A stretch of 33,045 nt of DNA from a virus. The notes under the pieces were generated by a model, which did no database searches, was not told the origin of the DNA, and saw only the letters and a program-made list of their open reading frames with translations. Shown piece by piece: positions 14,767 to 23,956 of the stretch. Each line of letters begins with the position of its first letter. The first letter of the stretch is position 1. The stretch is from positions 1 to 33,045 of the IMG/VR virus record IMGVR_UViG_3300045988_036764. The stretch is one strand, 5' to 3'. A program made the position numbers and the translations under genes.

Positions 14767-14812
14767 GTAACTATACAAGGATGCTGAAATAGAGAGGAAA
14801 GGAGGTAGACCC

Positions 14813-15268
14813 ATGAGAAAGGCTGTATCAGCAAGGACTACAAAGAAGCACTTAACAAAGGCAGAAAAAGAAAAACGTATAGCTGTAGAAAATGCGTTTA
14901 TTGATGATGCGGAAATAGAACCGCCAAGCTATTTAACTAAAACACAATTAGAAGCATTTCATTTTATTGTTGATGCATTAAGGCAAGCTAAAGTATTAAG
15001 TCGATTAGATACACAAACGATTATTCAAGCTAGTGTGGTTATTGATATGTTACACACTGCAAATAAGCGTGTGGCCAAAAGACCAACACTTGCAATTGAT
15101 AGAGAATTTGTAGCAACACAAGAGAAGCTGGTGAGAACATATTTAAAATTATGTGATGAATTGTGTCTATCTCCACAATCTAGGGCGAAGCTTGGAGTAC
15201 TTGTAGCTAATCAAAAAGAAGAAGAACAAGATCCATTGCTTAATGTACTGCAAGGGGGTAGTAGTTGA
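14813..15268 (+). CDS. terS: Terminase small subunit (P27 family-like)
   Basis: SD AGGAGGT lies upstream. The sequence ...LTKTQLEAFHFIVDALRQAKVLSRLD...LCDELCLSPQSRAKLG is typical of P27-type small subunits. Confidence 0.8.
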   Translation: MRKAVSARTTKKHLTKAEKEKRIAVENAFIDDAEIEPPSYLTKTQLEAFHFIVDALRQAKVLSRLDTQTIIQASVVIDMLHTANKRVAKRPTLAIDREFVATQEKLVRTYLKLCDELCLSPQSRAKLGVLVANQKEEEQDPLLNVLQGGSS

Positions 15269-16965
15269 TGAATAAAAAACATCCAGCCTACAAGTACGCA
15301 ATGGATGTAGCAGAGGGTAAAGTCAATGCACCTAAATATGTCAAACTACAGGTAAAGGAATTTCTTACTATTGCCAATGGTAAAGATAGCCGTTACATGA
15401 TTGACGATAACAAAGTGCATACTATAGGCGAACTATTGAAGTTGATGGTAATGCCTAAAGGCTTGAAAGCTAATTCTACTGTGTATGATGCGATGGCTGG
15501 GTTTCAATGGCTATTCATCATAGCTATTCTAGGCACTGTAGAACGTGATAATAAAGATAAACGAAGATATGAAAATGCTATATTAGAAATATGTAGAAAG
15601 AACGGCAAGACATTCCTAATTGCTGTTCTTTTTATTTTGCTTTTCTTCATTGAACCTAAATTCTCTAAATTCTACTCAGTCGCTCCAGATGGTTCGCTAT
15701 CTCGTGAAATTAAAACGGCTATTGAAGAGATAATCAGAAGTAGTCCAGCACTATTGGGGAAGATGAACGGCAAAGAAAAGTTTAAAATATTGCGTGATTA
15801 CATCCACTGTAATATTACTGAAAACAGATATACACCTCTTAACTACTCAACAGGGCGGTTAGATGGTAAATTGCCTAGTGTATTTCTTGTAGATGAAACA
15901 GGAGCATTGCCAAATACCTATGCTATTGAAGCTATGAGGTCAGGGCAGTTGACGATACTCAACAAGCTAGGCTTCATTATTTCAACTAAATATCCTACAC
16001 TTAACAATCCATTTGAAGATGAAGTGGACTATGCAAAGCGTGTATTGAATGGTGCAGTAGATGATGATAAGGTGTTCGCCTTGTTATATGAACCAGATGA
16101 TACAAAAGGATGGGCCACAAACGATGAAGTACTAGAACAAAGTAACCCACTAGCTATTGAAATGGAAGAAATCATGGATGACTTGAAATCGAAAAGGCAA
16201 GTAGCTATAGAGATTGAAAGCAAGCGTGAGAACTTCATAACAAAGCATTGCAATATCATTTATAGCGGTGCTGGTAGTGAAAGCTTTGTAAACGTTGCTG
16301 ATTTACAAAAGGGTGCAATAGATCATATCGACTGGAGCGGTAGAGAAGTATTCCTTGGGGTTGACTTAGCTATGACTACTGATAACTGTGCCGTATCTAT
16401 GGTGGCATTTGATGAAGAAACAGAAAAGGTGTACCTTGATGCGGTGGCCTTTGTACCAGAAGATAGAATAGATGAAAAGTCAAAATTGGAACGTATTCCA
16501 TATCGTGATTTTATTAATGCTGGATATTGTCTAGCGTGTGGCAATCGTACAGTAGATTATGGTGCAATTGAACGCTTTATTATGGCAATTGAAAGCAAAT
16601 ATGGAGTTACAGTAATGGGGATTGGCTATGATAGATATAATGCACTATCAACTGCGCAAAAATTAGAAGATGCAGGCTATACAGTGGTAGAAATTAAGCA
16701 ACATTCTAGTGTATTACATCCTGCTACTAAATGGCTTGCAGAGTTAGTAGCAGAAGGAAATTTAGTATATGAAAAAGGAAATAAGTTACTAGAAATCAAC
16801 TTTGAAAATTCAAGATGTGTGTACGATACCAATATGAACCGATATGTAAATAAAAAGAAATCAAGGGGCAAAGTTGATATGGTAGTAGCTGGTATCAATG
16901 CAATGTATTTGTTGCATCAAAATTATATGCTTAATAGTACCCTTGATTGGGTAGTGCAAATGTAG
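15268..16965 (+). CDS. terL: Terminase large subunit
   Basis: ATG overlaps the terS stop (TGATG). Walker A-like CRKNGKT and Walker B-like VFLVDETG. C-terminal nuclease-size domain. About 565 aa. Confidence 0.9.
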   Translation: MNKKHPAYKYAMDVAEGKVNAPKYVKLQVKEFLTIANGKDSRYMIDDNKVHTIGELLKLMVMPKGLKANSTVYDAMAGFQWLFIIAILGTVERDNKDKRRYENAILEICRKNGKTFLIAVLFILLFFIEPKFSKFYSVAPDGSLSREIKTAIEEIIRSSPALLGKMNGKEKFKILRDYIHCNITENRYTPLNYSTGRLDGKLPSVFLVDETGALPNTYAIEAMRSGQLTILNKLGFIISTKYPTLNNPFEDEVDYAKRVLNGAVDDDKVFALLYEPDDTKGWATNDEVLEQSNPLAIEMEEIMDDLKSKRQVAIEIESKRENFITKHCNIIYSGAGSESFVNVADLQKGAIDHIDWSGREVFLGVDLAMTTDNCAVSMVAFDEETEKVYLDAVAFVPEDRIDEKSKLERIPYRDFINAGYCLACGNRTVDYGAIERFIMAIESKYGVTVMGIGYDRYNALSTAQKLEDAGYTVVEIKQHSSVLHPATKWLAELVAEGNLVYEKGNKLLEINFENSRCVYDTNMNRYVNKKKSRGKVDMVVAGINAMYLLHQNYMLNSTLDWVVQM

Positions 16966-16980
16966 AAAGGGGGTGAAATA

Positions 16981-18231
16981 TTGGGATTAATTAAAAATAT
17001 CTTTGGTTTAGAGGTACGTGAAGAGTCTGTAGTGAATGAAAATTCTTTCATTGATACAGCTGATGATGTAGATTTAGGACTTCCTAGCTTCGATGCATCA
17101 ACACGAGTAACAAGACAACAAGCGTTAAGTGTGCCAGCGGTAGCAAGTGCGTTATTTTTAATTAGTGGTATTATTGCTGGTATTCCTATCAAGTTATACA
17201 GACGAGATGGAAATACTATCACAGAAATCACAGATGATGAACGCACAAAGCTATTGAACATTGAAACAAATTCAACACTAGGTGCATTTGAAACAAAGCA
17301 AGCTATGATTAATGATCTAATCATGGAAGGTGCTTGTTATTGTTACATTGGGAAAGATGGGAATAACGCTACATCATTACAATACTTGCCTAAATATCGT
17401 GTAAGCGTGCTTGATAACGGCAAACTAATTGATAGGACTGTACTATTCTTAGTGGATGGTAGCTATTACGATAACTTTAATATCATGCGTGCGGTTAGAA
17501 ATAGCAACGATGGGGTGCATGGTAGAGGGTTATTAGATGATAACGCTACACAAATTTCTAGTATGTATAATGCGTTAGTGTATGAAAATGGTGTAATCAG
17601 CAAGGGTGTGCGTAAAGGCTTCCTTAAATCAGAGGGGAGATTGACGGTCAAAGCACTTGAAGCACTCAAAAAAGCATGGCGAATGATGACGGCTAAGCTA
17701 GGCACTAGCGATGTAATTGTACTTAATAAGGGCATTACATTTGAAAGTGCTGATAGTACAGCCGTAGAAAACCAGCTCAACGAAAGTAAACAGACAAACG
17801 CTGACTTAATTTATAAATTGTTTGGTTTTACTGATAAAACATTTATAGATGAGAAAGCGTTTAATATTTTTGTTAAAACTACGATTATGCCAATCGTGAA
17901 TTGCTTTGTTGAAGCTATTAATCGTTCAATGTTGCTTGAAACTGAAAAAGGTAATCTGTATTTTAGCTTAGATATGAATGATCTATTGAAAGCAGATATG
18001 CTTACACGTTTTAATGCATATAAAACAGCACTTGAAAGTAACTGGATTAACGTGGATGAAATTCGTCAACGTGAAGATTTATCTCCTATGGGTATTGACT
18101 TCGTAAGTATGAACCTTGCGAACGTGTTCTATTATCCACAAACGAAGAAAGTGTATACACCAAATACTGGTGTACTTGGTGATTTAACTACACTAAAATC
18201 TGTGAAAGGGGGTGAAAATAATGAAAATTGA
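16981..18231 (+). CDS. Portal protein (HK97 family-like)
   Basis: 416 aa. TTG start follows GGGGGTG. Sits between terL and the prohead protease. Confidence 0.85.
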   Translation: MGLIKNIFGLEVREESVVNENSFIDTADDVDLGLPSFDASTRVTRQQALSVPAVASALFLISGIIAGIPIKLYRRDGNTITEITDDERTKLLNIETNSTLGAFETKQAMINDLIMEGACYCYIGKDGNNATSLQYLPKYRVSVLDNGKLIDRTVLFLVDGSYYDNFNIMRAVRNSNDGVHGRGLLDDNATQISSMYNALVYENGVISKGVRKGFLKSEGRLTVKALEALKKAWRMMTAKLGTSDVIVLNKGITFESADSTAVENQLNESKQTNADLIYKLFGFTDKTFIDEKAFNIFVKTTIMPIVNCFVEAINRSMLLETEKGNLYFSLDMNDLLKADMLTRFNAYKTALESNWINVDEIRQREDLSPMGIDFVSMNLANVFYYPQTKKVYTPNTGVLGDLTTLKSVKGGENNEN

Positions 18232-18820
18232 AGTCCGTAATGGTGCAGTTACGATTGAAGGCTATGTAAATGTTACAGAGCGTTTAAGCAAGCCTATTCG
18301 TGATGTAAGGGGTAATTTTTTAGAAAAAGTACAAAGTGGTGCGTTCAATTCTGCATTACAACGCAATAATAATGTAGAGTTACGCTTCAACCACCGCAGA
18401 AAATTGGGAGACCAACAAGACGGTTCGCTTGAATTAAGAGAAGATAGCATTGGATTATACGCAAAAGCTATTGTATCTGATGCGGAAGTAGTACAACTTG
18501 CAGAAAATAGACAACTTAAAGGCTGGTCTTTTGGTTTTAGAAAGCTAGAAGATAGCTGGGATAAACAAGAAAATATGCCAGAAATCCGTACGCTTAAAGC
18601 TATTGATGTAAGTGAAGTTAGTATTTTATCTGTGAACCCTGCATATATTGCAACATCTATCAATGTACGAGCAGATGAAGGTGAAGATTTACTTGAGTGT
18701 AGATCTAACGAAACTGCAACAGGTACATTGGAATATGATATTGAAGAACGTAAGACTGATGATGATGAAGAAACCAGCAATCAGAAATATCATGACATTT
18801 TAAATAAATTAAATGCTTAG
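18221..18820 (+). CDS. Prohead protease (HK97 family)
   Basis: The sequence VTIEGYVNV...FLEKVQSGAFNSAL...VELRFNHRRKLGD...EDSIGLYAKA...KGWSFGFR matches the prohead protease pattern. ATG at 18221 is preferred over GTG at 18212 on SD spacing. Confidence 0.85.
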   Translation: MKIEVRNGAVTIEGYVNVTERLSKPIRDVRGNFLEKVQSGAFNSALQRNNNVELRFNHRRKLGDQQDGSLELREDSIGLYAKAIVSDAEVVQLAENRQLKGWSFGFRKLEDSWDKQENMPEIRTLKAIDVSEVSILSVNPAYIATSINVRADEGEDLLECRSNETATGTLEYDIEERKTDDDEETSNQKYHDILNKLNA

Positions 18821-18846
18821 CATCCACCATATGTGGGTGCTTTTTT
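18820..18846 (+). terminator. Hairpin + U-tract between protease and capsid genes
   Basis: GCATCCAC-catat-GTGGGTGC followed by TTTTTT. Confidence 0.55.
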
Positions 18847-18868
18847 AATGCAAAGAAAAGAGGATAGC

Positions 18869-20026
18869 ATGAATTTTAAAAAACTTATTGAAAAACGTAA
18901 TGGTTTGGTTGAAGAAATGAACAACCTTGTTAAAGTGGCAGATGAAGAAACTCGTGCATTGAATGAAGAAGAAACATCTAAATTTGAAGAACTTCGTAAA
19001 GAAGTAGCTGGTATTGACCGCACATTGGAACTTGCAAAAGAAGAACGCTCCATGATGTCTGTATCTAACGAAGAAGAACCTGGTAAAACTGATGAAAAAG
19101 CAATGGCAATGGCAGAAGAACGTGCATTTGCTAATTTCTTGCGTAGTGGTGAAACTACATTCGCTGATACTGAAACACGTGCAGATGTAAACCTTACTAA
19201 AGGTGATAACGGTGTAGTAATTCCATCCACAATTGCAGAACGCATCATTGGTACTGTTAAACGCATTGCACCAATCATTCAAAACTCTGATTTCTACGAT
19301 GTAAAAGGTGATTTGGTATTCGCAGTAGAAGATGAAAGCACAAACAAAACAACTTGTGCATATGTAGGCGAATTCCAAGAACTTGAAAGCACAAGCGGTA
19401 AATTCAAATCCGTTACATTAAAAGGTAATGTAGTAGGTGTATTGACTAAAGTATCTAAATCCTTAATCAATAACGCTGGCTTTGACATTGTAAACTATGT
19501 TGTAACTAAAGTAGCAGAAGCTATTGTAGTATTCTTAGAAAATGAAATGATTAATGGTACTGCTAAAATTCAAGGTTTATTGCAAGCTAAAAATGTAGTA
19601 ACCGCTGGTAGTGCAACTGCAATTACTGCTGATGACTTGATTGAACTTCAATTCAAAGTACCTCAAGCATATCGTGGTAATGGTGTATTCATCATGAACC
19701 CAGAAACATTCAAAGCGTGTGCTAAATTGAAAAACACACAAGGTGAATACTTGCTTAATAAAGACCTTACAAATGGTTATGGTTACACATTGTTAGGCCG
19801 TCCTGTTTACGAGTCTGACAATATGCCTAAAATTGCCACTAAAGCTAAAGTTGCAATCTATGCAGACCTTAAAGGTTATGCTACAAAAATTAGTGGTGAA
19901 AACTCTGAAATTTCTGTATTGCAAGAACGCTTCTATACTCAATACGCAGTTGGTGTAGCTGGTTATGTTGAAGTTGACGGCAAAATCGTTGATGAACAAC
20001 GTATTGCTACATTGGCCATGGCTTAA
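18869..20026 (+). CDS. Major capsid protein (HK97 family) with N-terminal delta/scaffold domain
   Basis: ATG follows AGAGGA. The track start at 18833 lies inside the hairpin. Coiled-coil N-terminus MNFKKLIEKRNGLVEEMNNLVKVADEETRALNEEETSKFEELRKE. Size and position fit. Confidence 0.9.
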   Translation: MNFKKLIEKRNGLVEEMNNLVKVADEETRALNEEETSKFEELRKEVAGIDRTLELAKEERSMMSVSNEEEPGKTDEKAMAMAEERAFANFLRSGETTFADTETRADVNLTKGDNGVVIPSTIAERIIGTVKRIAPIIQNSDFYDVKGDLVFAVEDESTNKTTCAYVGEFQELESTSGKFKSVTLKGNVVGVLTKVSKSLINNAGFDIVNYVVTKVAEAIVVFLENEMINGTAKIQGLLQAKNVVTAGSATAITADDLIELQFKVPQAYRGNGVFIMNPETFKACAKLKNTQGEYLLNKDLTNGYGYTLLGRPVYESDNMPKIATKAKVAIYADLKGYATKISGENSEISVLQERFYTQYAVGVAGYVEVDGKIVDEQRIATLAMA

Positions 20027-20031
20027 TAGTC

Positions 20032-20199
20032 ATGAAGTACAAGGTGTTAGTTGGTTATAGTGGGGTAGTATCTGCCCCACTTGATAGCATTGTTGAGTAT
20101 ACAGACGAGGTAATCATCAATGATCTATTGCAAGCTGGTTACATCGAGCCTGTAAAACAAGCTAAAACCAAAGCAAAAAAGGCTGAAACAGAGGAGTAA
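20032..20199 (+). CDS. Small hypothetical head-module protein (55 aa), not in the ORF track
   Basis: Translation: MKYKVLVGYSGVVSAPLDSIVEYTDEVIINDLLQAGYIEPVKQAKTKAKKAETEE. It exactly fills the capsid-connector gap. The SD is weak. Confidence 0.4.
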   Translation: MKYKVLVGYSGVVSAPLDSIVEYTDEVIINDLLQAGYIEPVKQAKTKAKKAETEE

Positions 20200-20201
20200 A
20201 C

Positions 20202-20495
20202 ATGAAAGTTAGTGAGTTAAATCTTGATATTGTATCGAACTATATTCGTGTTGATGTTACGGCCGATACTAAACCTATCTTAGACATGGTATTATCTGCA
20301 GCAATTTCCTATTGTATGACATACATGGGTATAGCTGATAAGACTACACTTGATGATTATGAAGATATGCCTATTGCCGTATTGAGTTTGTGCGGTGAAT
20401 TTTACGATAATCGTACATTCACGGCCGTTGAAAATGCGGTGGTAAACCCTACGGCACAAGCTATCTTAGATAAGTATTCAATGAACTTATTATAG
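20202..20495 (+). CDS. Head-tail connector (gp6-like)
   Basis: The sequence VSELNLDIVSNYIRVDVTADTKPILDMVLSAAISYCMTYMGI fits the phage gp6-like connector pattern. Confidence 0.7.
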   Translation: MKVSELNLDIVSNYIRVDVTADTKPILDMVLSAAISYCMTYMGIADKTTLDDYEDMPIAVLSLCGEFYDNRTFTAVENAVVNPTAQAILDKYSMNLL

Positions 20496-20503
20496 GTGAA
20501 ATT

Positions 20504-20848
20504 ATGTATAGAAAAGGTAGATTAAGCACTCTATTACAACATCAAGCAGAAATTCACGCTAACAGAAAATCAACTACTATGAATGAATTGGGGCAATATC
20601 CTATTGTTGATACAGTAATTGGCAATATGCATTGTGGTGTCATTCCACAGACTGGCGGTCTATTAAGTGGTAGAACGGCAGAGACTACACTTGCAAGAAC
20701 TACACATAAGGTAGTGTGCAGGTATCGTAACGATATTGAACCAGATATGTGGCTAATTATTGAGGGGCAGAAATATAACATCTTGTATGTTATGGATCCG
20801 TACCTTAATAAAGAGCGACTAGAAATATTTACAGAGGTTGTAATCTAA
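20504..20848 (+). CDS. Head closure / head-tail adaptor protein
   Basis: The pattern GRL....L........NELGQ......V..M.C.V.P..G........T....THKVVCRYRNDI fits the SPP1 gp16-type family. Confidence 0.65.
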   Translation: MYRKGRLSTLLQHQAEIHANRKSTTMNELGQYPIVDTVIGNMHCGVIPQTGGLLSGRTAETTLARTTHKVVCRYRNDIEPDMWLIIEGQKYNILYVMDPYLNKERLEIFTEVVI

Positions 20849-21306
20849 TGGGTATTGATATTGAAACAGAAGGTTTAAGTGAGTTTTCTCAAGAGTTGCT
20901 AGACCTAGCGACTAAAGACTTTCCGAAAGATACAAAGAACTTCTTGCAACGTGCTGGAAATAAGCTAAAGGCTAATGCCAAAAACAACTATAAAAGCGGT
21001 ACTACACAAGGCACTAAAAACCTTATCAAAGGCCTTAAACGTGATAGAGCGTATAAGCATGGTAAGGATGAGTGGCAAGTAAGGGTTAAGAATACAGCAC
21101 CGCACGCATGGTTAGTTGAACACGGACATGTGATGTTAGGCCATGCTGCACAAGGTAAACCTAAATTAATAGTTGGTAACACAGGGGAAGCCTTTGTAAG
21201 AGGGAAGAATGTAATGGGTAAAACGGCAAAAGCCTTTCCGTCAGAATATCAAGGGTTAGCGGAAGAATTTATTGATAAGATGCTTAATGAAAAAGGTTTA
21301 GGCTAG
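20848..21306 (+). CDS. HK97 gp10-family neck/tail completion protein
   Basis: The sequence ...LKANAKNNYKSGT...LIKGLKR...VKNTAPHAWLVEHGH matches the gp10 family signature. Confidence 0.65.
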   Translation: MGIDIETEGLSEFSQELLDLATKDFPKDTKNFLQRAGNKLKANAKNNYKSGTTQGTKNLIKGLKRDRAYKHGKDEWQVRVKNTAPHAWLVEHGHVMLGHAAQGKPKLIVGNTGEAFVRGKNVMGKTAKAFPSEYQGLAEEFIDKMLNEKGLG

Positions 21307-21758
21307 TGATAACTGCAGTTGAAATAGTAAAAGCATTAACAGTAAAGTGCAGAGAATTGCTTCAATGTGATGTTAATGATAGAGATATTTCAGAGGGATT
21401 TACTAGACCATCATTTTTTATTGAGGTAGTAGACTTTAACAATGAAGATATAGGCGAAATCCTAAGAGGTGATACGCTTAATATCTATATTTACTACTTC
21501 AATGAAAAACGTGAAATTGGCTATCTTAACTTACTCAAAGCAAGGGAAAGCTTGCGTGAGATGTTAGCAATGCCTGTTAACGTAGCAGATGGATTTAGTG
21601 TAACCGCATCTGATATAGTCGAAACAATCAATAAGGCTGATATGTCATATATCACTAACTTTGATGTAACGATCTATCAAAACAGACCAGAAGCAGATGC
21701 ACCTTACATGGAAGAGTTGTCAGTCAACGGAGAGTTGCAAAAGTCAACAGAACAATAG
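21306..21758 (+). CDS. Tail terminator / neck protein (by position)
   Basis: 150-aa ORF between the gp10-like and sheath genes. GTG start overlaps the previous stop. Confidence 0.45.
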   Translation: MITAVEIVKALTVKCRELLQCDVNDRDISEGFTRPSFFIEVVDFNNEDIGEILRGDTLNIYIYYFNEKREIGYLNLLKARESLREMLAMPVNVADGFSVTASDIVETINKADMSYITNFDVTIYQNRPEADAPYMEELSVNGELQKSTEQ

Positions 21759-21762
21759 TTAT

Positions 21763-21791
21763 AGCACCCACCCTGTATGGGTGCTATTTTT
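21763..21791 (+). terminator. Hairpin + U-tract upstream of the sheath gene
   Basis: AGCACCCA-ccctgta-TGGGTGCT followed by ATTTTT. Confidence 0.5.
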
Positions 21792-21812
21792 AATGGGTAA
21801 AAGGAGCATAAA

Positions 21813-22928
21813 ATGGCGATTGGCTTACCAAATATCGATATTGTCTTTTTACAAAAGGCAGTATCTGCGGTATTACGTTCCGAACGTGGTACGGCTTTAA
21901 TTATCGTTAAAGACGATAAACAAACTCAAATCAGTTATGATGTATTCAAATTTGAAGCAGATATTACCGATAAAAAATACAATGCCGATACAATTAAATT
22001 GTTGAAGCGTTGCTTTTATGTGAATGTAAATAAAGTAGTAGTATTACACGTTCCAACTAGAACAACTGCATTTGCAGATATTAAACAAGTATTAGACCGC
22101 ATTAAATATAACTGGGCTTGTACTACTGTAGCAGAATGGCAAACAGACTTAGTGTCTTACACTAAGAGCCGTAATGTTATTTCCAAAGGCCGTAAGGTTA
22201 AATGCGTAGTTGCTAACGTAGCAGTTGCAGATGATAAACACGTTGTAAATATGAAAGGTAATTTTGTACATGAAGCTGATGCGGAAGCTGGCACTAATGT
22301 CAAAATGACTGATTACTTACCACGTATTACATCTATTTTGGCTAACTTGCCAATGAATAGAAGTATCACATACTATGAATTGGAAGATTTAGACTATGTG
22401 GATAACTCTTATGTTACTGCAGAAAAAGATGTAAACAAATGGACTGATGAAGGCTGGTTGCTTCTTATTAATGATGATGAAGATAACGTAGTGCGTGTGG
22501 GCCGTGGTGTTAATACATTGACTACATTCACATCTACTGATACAGAAGATATGCGTAAAATCATCATCGTTGAAAGTATGGATTTAATTCAAGAGGATTT
22601 GTATTCCACGTTTAAGAAATACTACGTGGGTAAATATAAAAATCACTTGGATAACCAATACTTGTTTATTTCTTCTGTGAACGCATATTTCAAATCCTTA
22701 ACTAAAGTAGTTAATGGTGAAATTTTAGATCCAGAATATGACAATCATGCGTTTGTTGATGTAGAAAATCAACGTCAAGCGTGGTTATCTGTAGGCAAAA
22801 CAGAAGCAGAAGATTGGGATGAAGCAAAAGTTAAAGAAATGTCCTTCAAGTCTACTGTATTCATTGCTGCTAAAGTTAAAATTCTTGATGCTATGGAAGA
22901 TTTAAGCTTCCAAATTACTATGGAATAA
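21813..22928 (+). CDS. Contractile tail sheath protein (XkdK-like)
   Basis: 371 aa. SD AAGGAG lies upstream. N-terminus MAIGLPNIDIVF. Immediately precedes an XkdM-type tube gene. Confidence 0.8.
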   Translation: MAIGLPNIDIVFLQKAVSAVLRSERGTALIIVKDDKQTQISYDVFKFEADITDKKYNADTIKLLKRCFYVNVNKVVVLHVPTRTTAFADIKQVLDRIKYNWACTTVAEWQTDLVSYTKSRNVISKGRKVKCVVANVAVADDKHVVNMKGNFVHEADAEAGTNVKMTDYLPRITSILANLPMNRSITYYELEDLDYVDNSYVTAEKDVNKWTDEGWLLLINDDEDNVVRVGRGVNTLTTFTSTDTEDMRKIIIVESMDLIQEDLYSTFKKYYVGKYKNHLDNQYLFISSVNAYFKSLTKVVNGEILDPEYDNHAFVDVENQRQAWLSVGKTEAEDWDEAKVKEMSFKSTVFIAAKVKILDAMEDLSFQITME

Positions 22929-22939
22929 GGGGGTAAAGT

Positions 22940-23371
22940 ATGGCAAGTAAAGACATCCACAATCAAATCTTACGTGGCCAATTTGGTAAGGTATGGATTG
23001 ATGGCGAATTATATGCAAATGTTAAATCTTTTGAAGCTAAAATCTCCCTTAAATATGAAGCGGTAGACATTAATGGCGAAATGGGTGTACATCAACGCTT
23101 GGTAGGTTTTGAAGGTGCTGGTACATTAGTACTTCACAAAATCGATAGCCGTGTAGCACAAAAGATTGCTGGTAAAATCAAAAATGGTAGTGTACCAGAT
23201 ATTAAAATTGTATCTAAATTAACAGACCCAGATGTAAATGGTGCTGAACGTATCGAATTAACAGGTGTTACTTTGGACGAATTAACACATGGATTTGAAA
23301 ACAAAAAGGTACAAGAAGAAAGCTATCCTTTCAAATTTGCTGATTACAACTACTTAGACTTAATTCTTTAA
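22940..23371 (+). CDS. Tail tube protein (XkdM-like)
   Basis: The sequence ILRGQFGKVWIDGELYANVKSFEAKISLKYEAVDINGEMGVHQRLVGFEGAGTLVLHKIDSR matches the XkdM-family pattern. Confidence 0.85.
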   Translation: MASKDIHNQILRGQFGKVWIDGELYANVKSFEAKISLKYEAVDINGEMGVHQRLVGFEGAGTLVLHKIDSRVAQKIAGKIKNGSVPDIKIVSKLTDPDVNGAERIELTGVTLDELTHGFENKKVQEESYPFKFADYNYLDLIL

Positions 23372-23376
23372 TATAT

Positions 23377-23408
23377 AGGCGGTGCTTAATGCATCGCCTT
23401 TCCTTTTA
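23377..23408 (+). terminator. Hairpin + U-rich tract after the tube gene
   Basis: AGGCGGTGC-ttaat-GCATCGCCT followed by TTCCTTTT. Confidence 0.5.
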
Positions 23409-23426
23409 ATGTGAGGTGGATAATAT

Positions 23427-23804
23427 ATGGCTAAATTACAACTTGAAGATTTGCTTAACCGCAATATGCAAGAGGGTTTTCAATCTAAAGATGTGTATGT
23501 AAAAGGTTTAGGCGGTGAGTTGACTGTAATTCATCAACCACTACCAACAGTATTGCGTATTATGGACGATATTAAGCAAGATGCAACGCTATCCACGGTG
23601 ATGGATGCGATGGTACAACTCATCTATGCTTGCGTTCCTTTGTTTAAGAATAAAGAATTACAAGCAAAATATGAATGTGCTGAACCTACAGATGTAGTGT
23701 ATAAAGTCTTAAACGATAGCGTAGAAGACATTACTGCATTGGGTGAAGCTATCTTGGGTATGTATGGTATTGCAAATCCTGTTGAAGATGTAAAAAAGCA
23801 ATAA
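23427..23804 (+). CDS. Tail assembly chaperone (XkdN-like), short product
   Basis: 125 aa, located between the tube and tape-measure genes. Ends ...EDVKKQ* with a slippery A AAA AAG. Confidence 0.75.
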   Translation: MAKLQLEDLLNRNMQEGFQSKDVYVKGLGGELTVIHQPLPTVLRIMDDIKQDATLSTVMDAMVQLIYACVPLFKNKELQAKYECAEPTDVVYKVLNDSVEDITALGEAILGMYGIANPVEDVKKQ

Positions 23805-23956
23805 GAGCGGACAGGGAACTAACAATGTTCCGCTATTATATGCAAAAAGGCCATACATTATCCTCGTTACTTGCATTAGATCCATTAGAACGCACGTTTT
23901 ATAGTGCGTGCTTTGAATTGGATATGGAAGATTTAGAAAGGGGCAATAATGGCTAA
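23427..23956 (+). CDS. Tail assembly chaperone, -1 frameshift extension product
   Basis: After the slip the reading frame gives ...KKAIRADRELTMFRYYMQKGHTLSSLLALDPLERTFYSACFELDMEDLERGNNG*, ending just inside the tape-measure gene. This is the canonical G/GT-type arrangement. Confidence 0.6.
23792..23798 (+). promoter_or_regulatory. -1 programmed ribosomal frameshift site A_AAA_AAG
   Basis: The zero frame reads gtA AAA AAG caa taa. The -1 frame is open from here to TAA at 23954-23956. Confidence 0.65.

Noticed and set aside
18262-19378. Three long minus-strand ORFs (172, 153 and 177 aa)
   Set aside because: They are antisense to the prohead protease and capsid genes. Their translations are Ser/Phe/Cys-rich nonsense and they lack start context. 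They are shadow ORFs.
21697-21900. 67-aa + strand ORF bridging the neck and sheath genes
   Set aside because: It reads through the intergenic hairpin and overlaps two better-supported genes out of frame. It has no SD.
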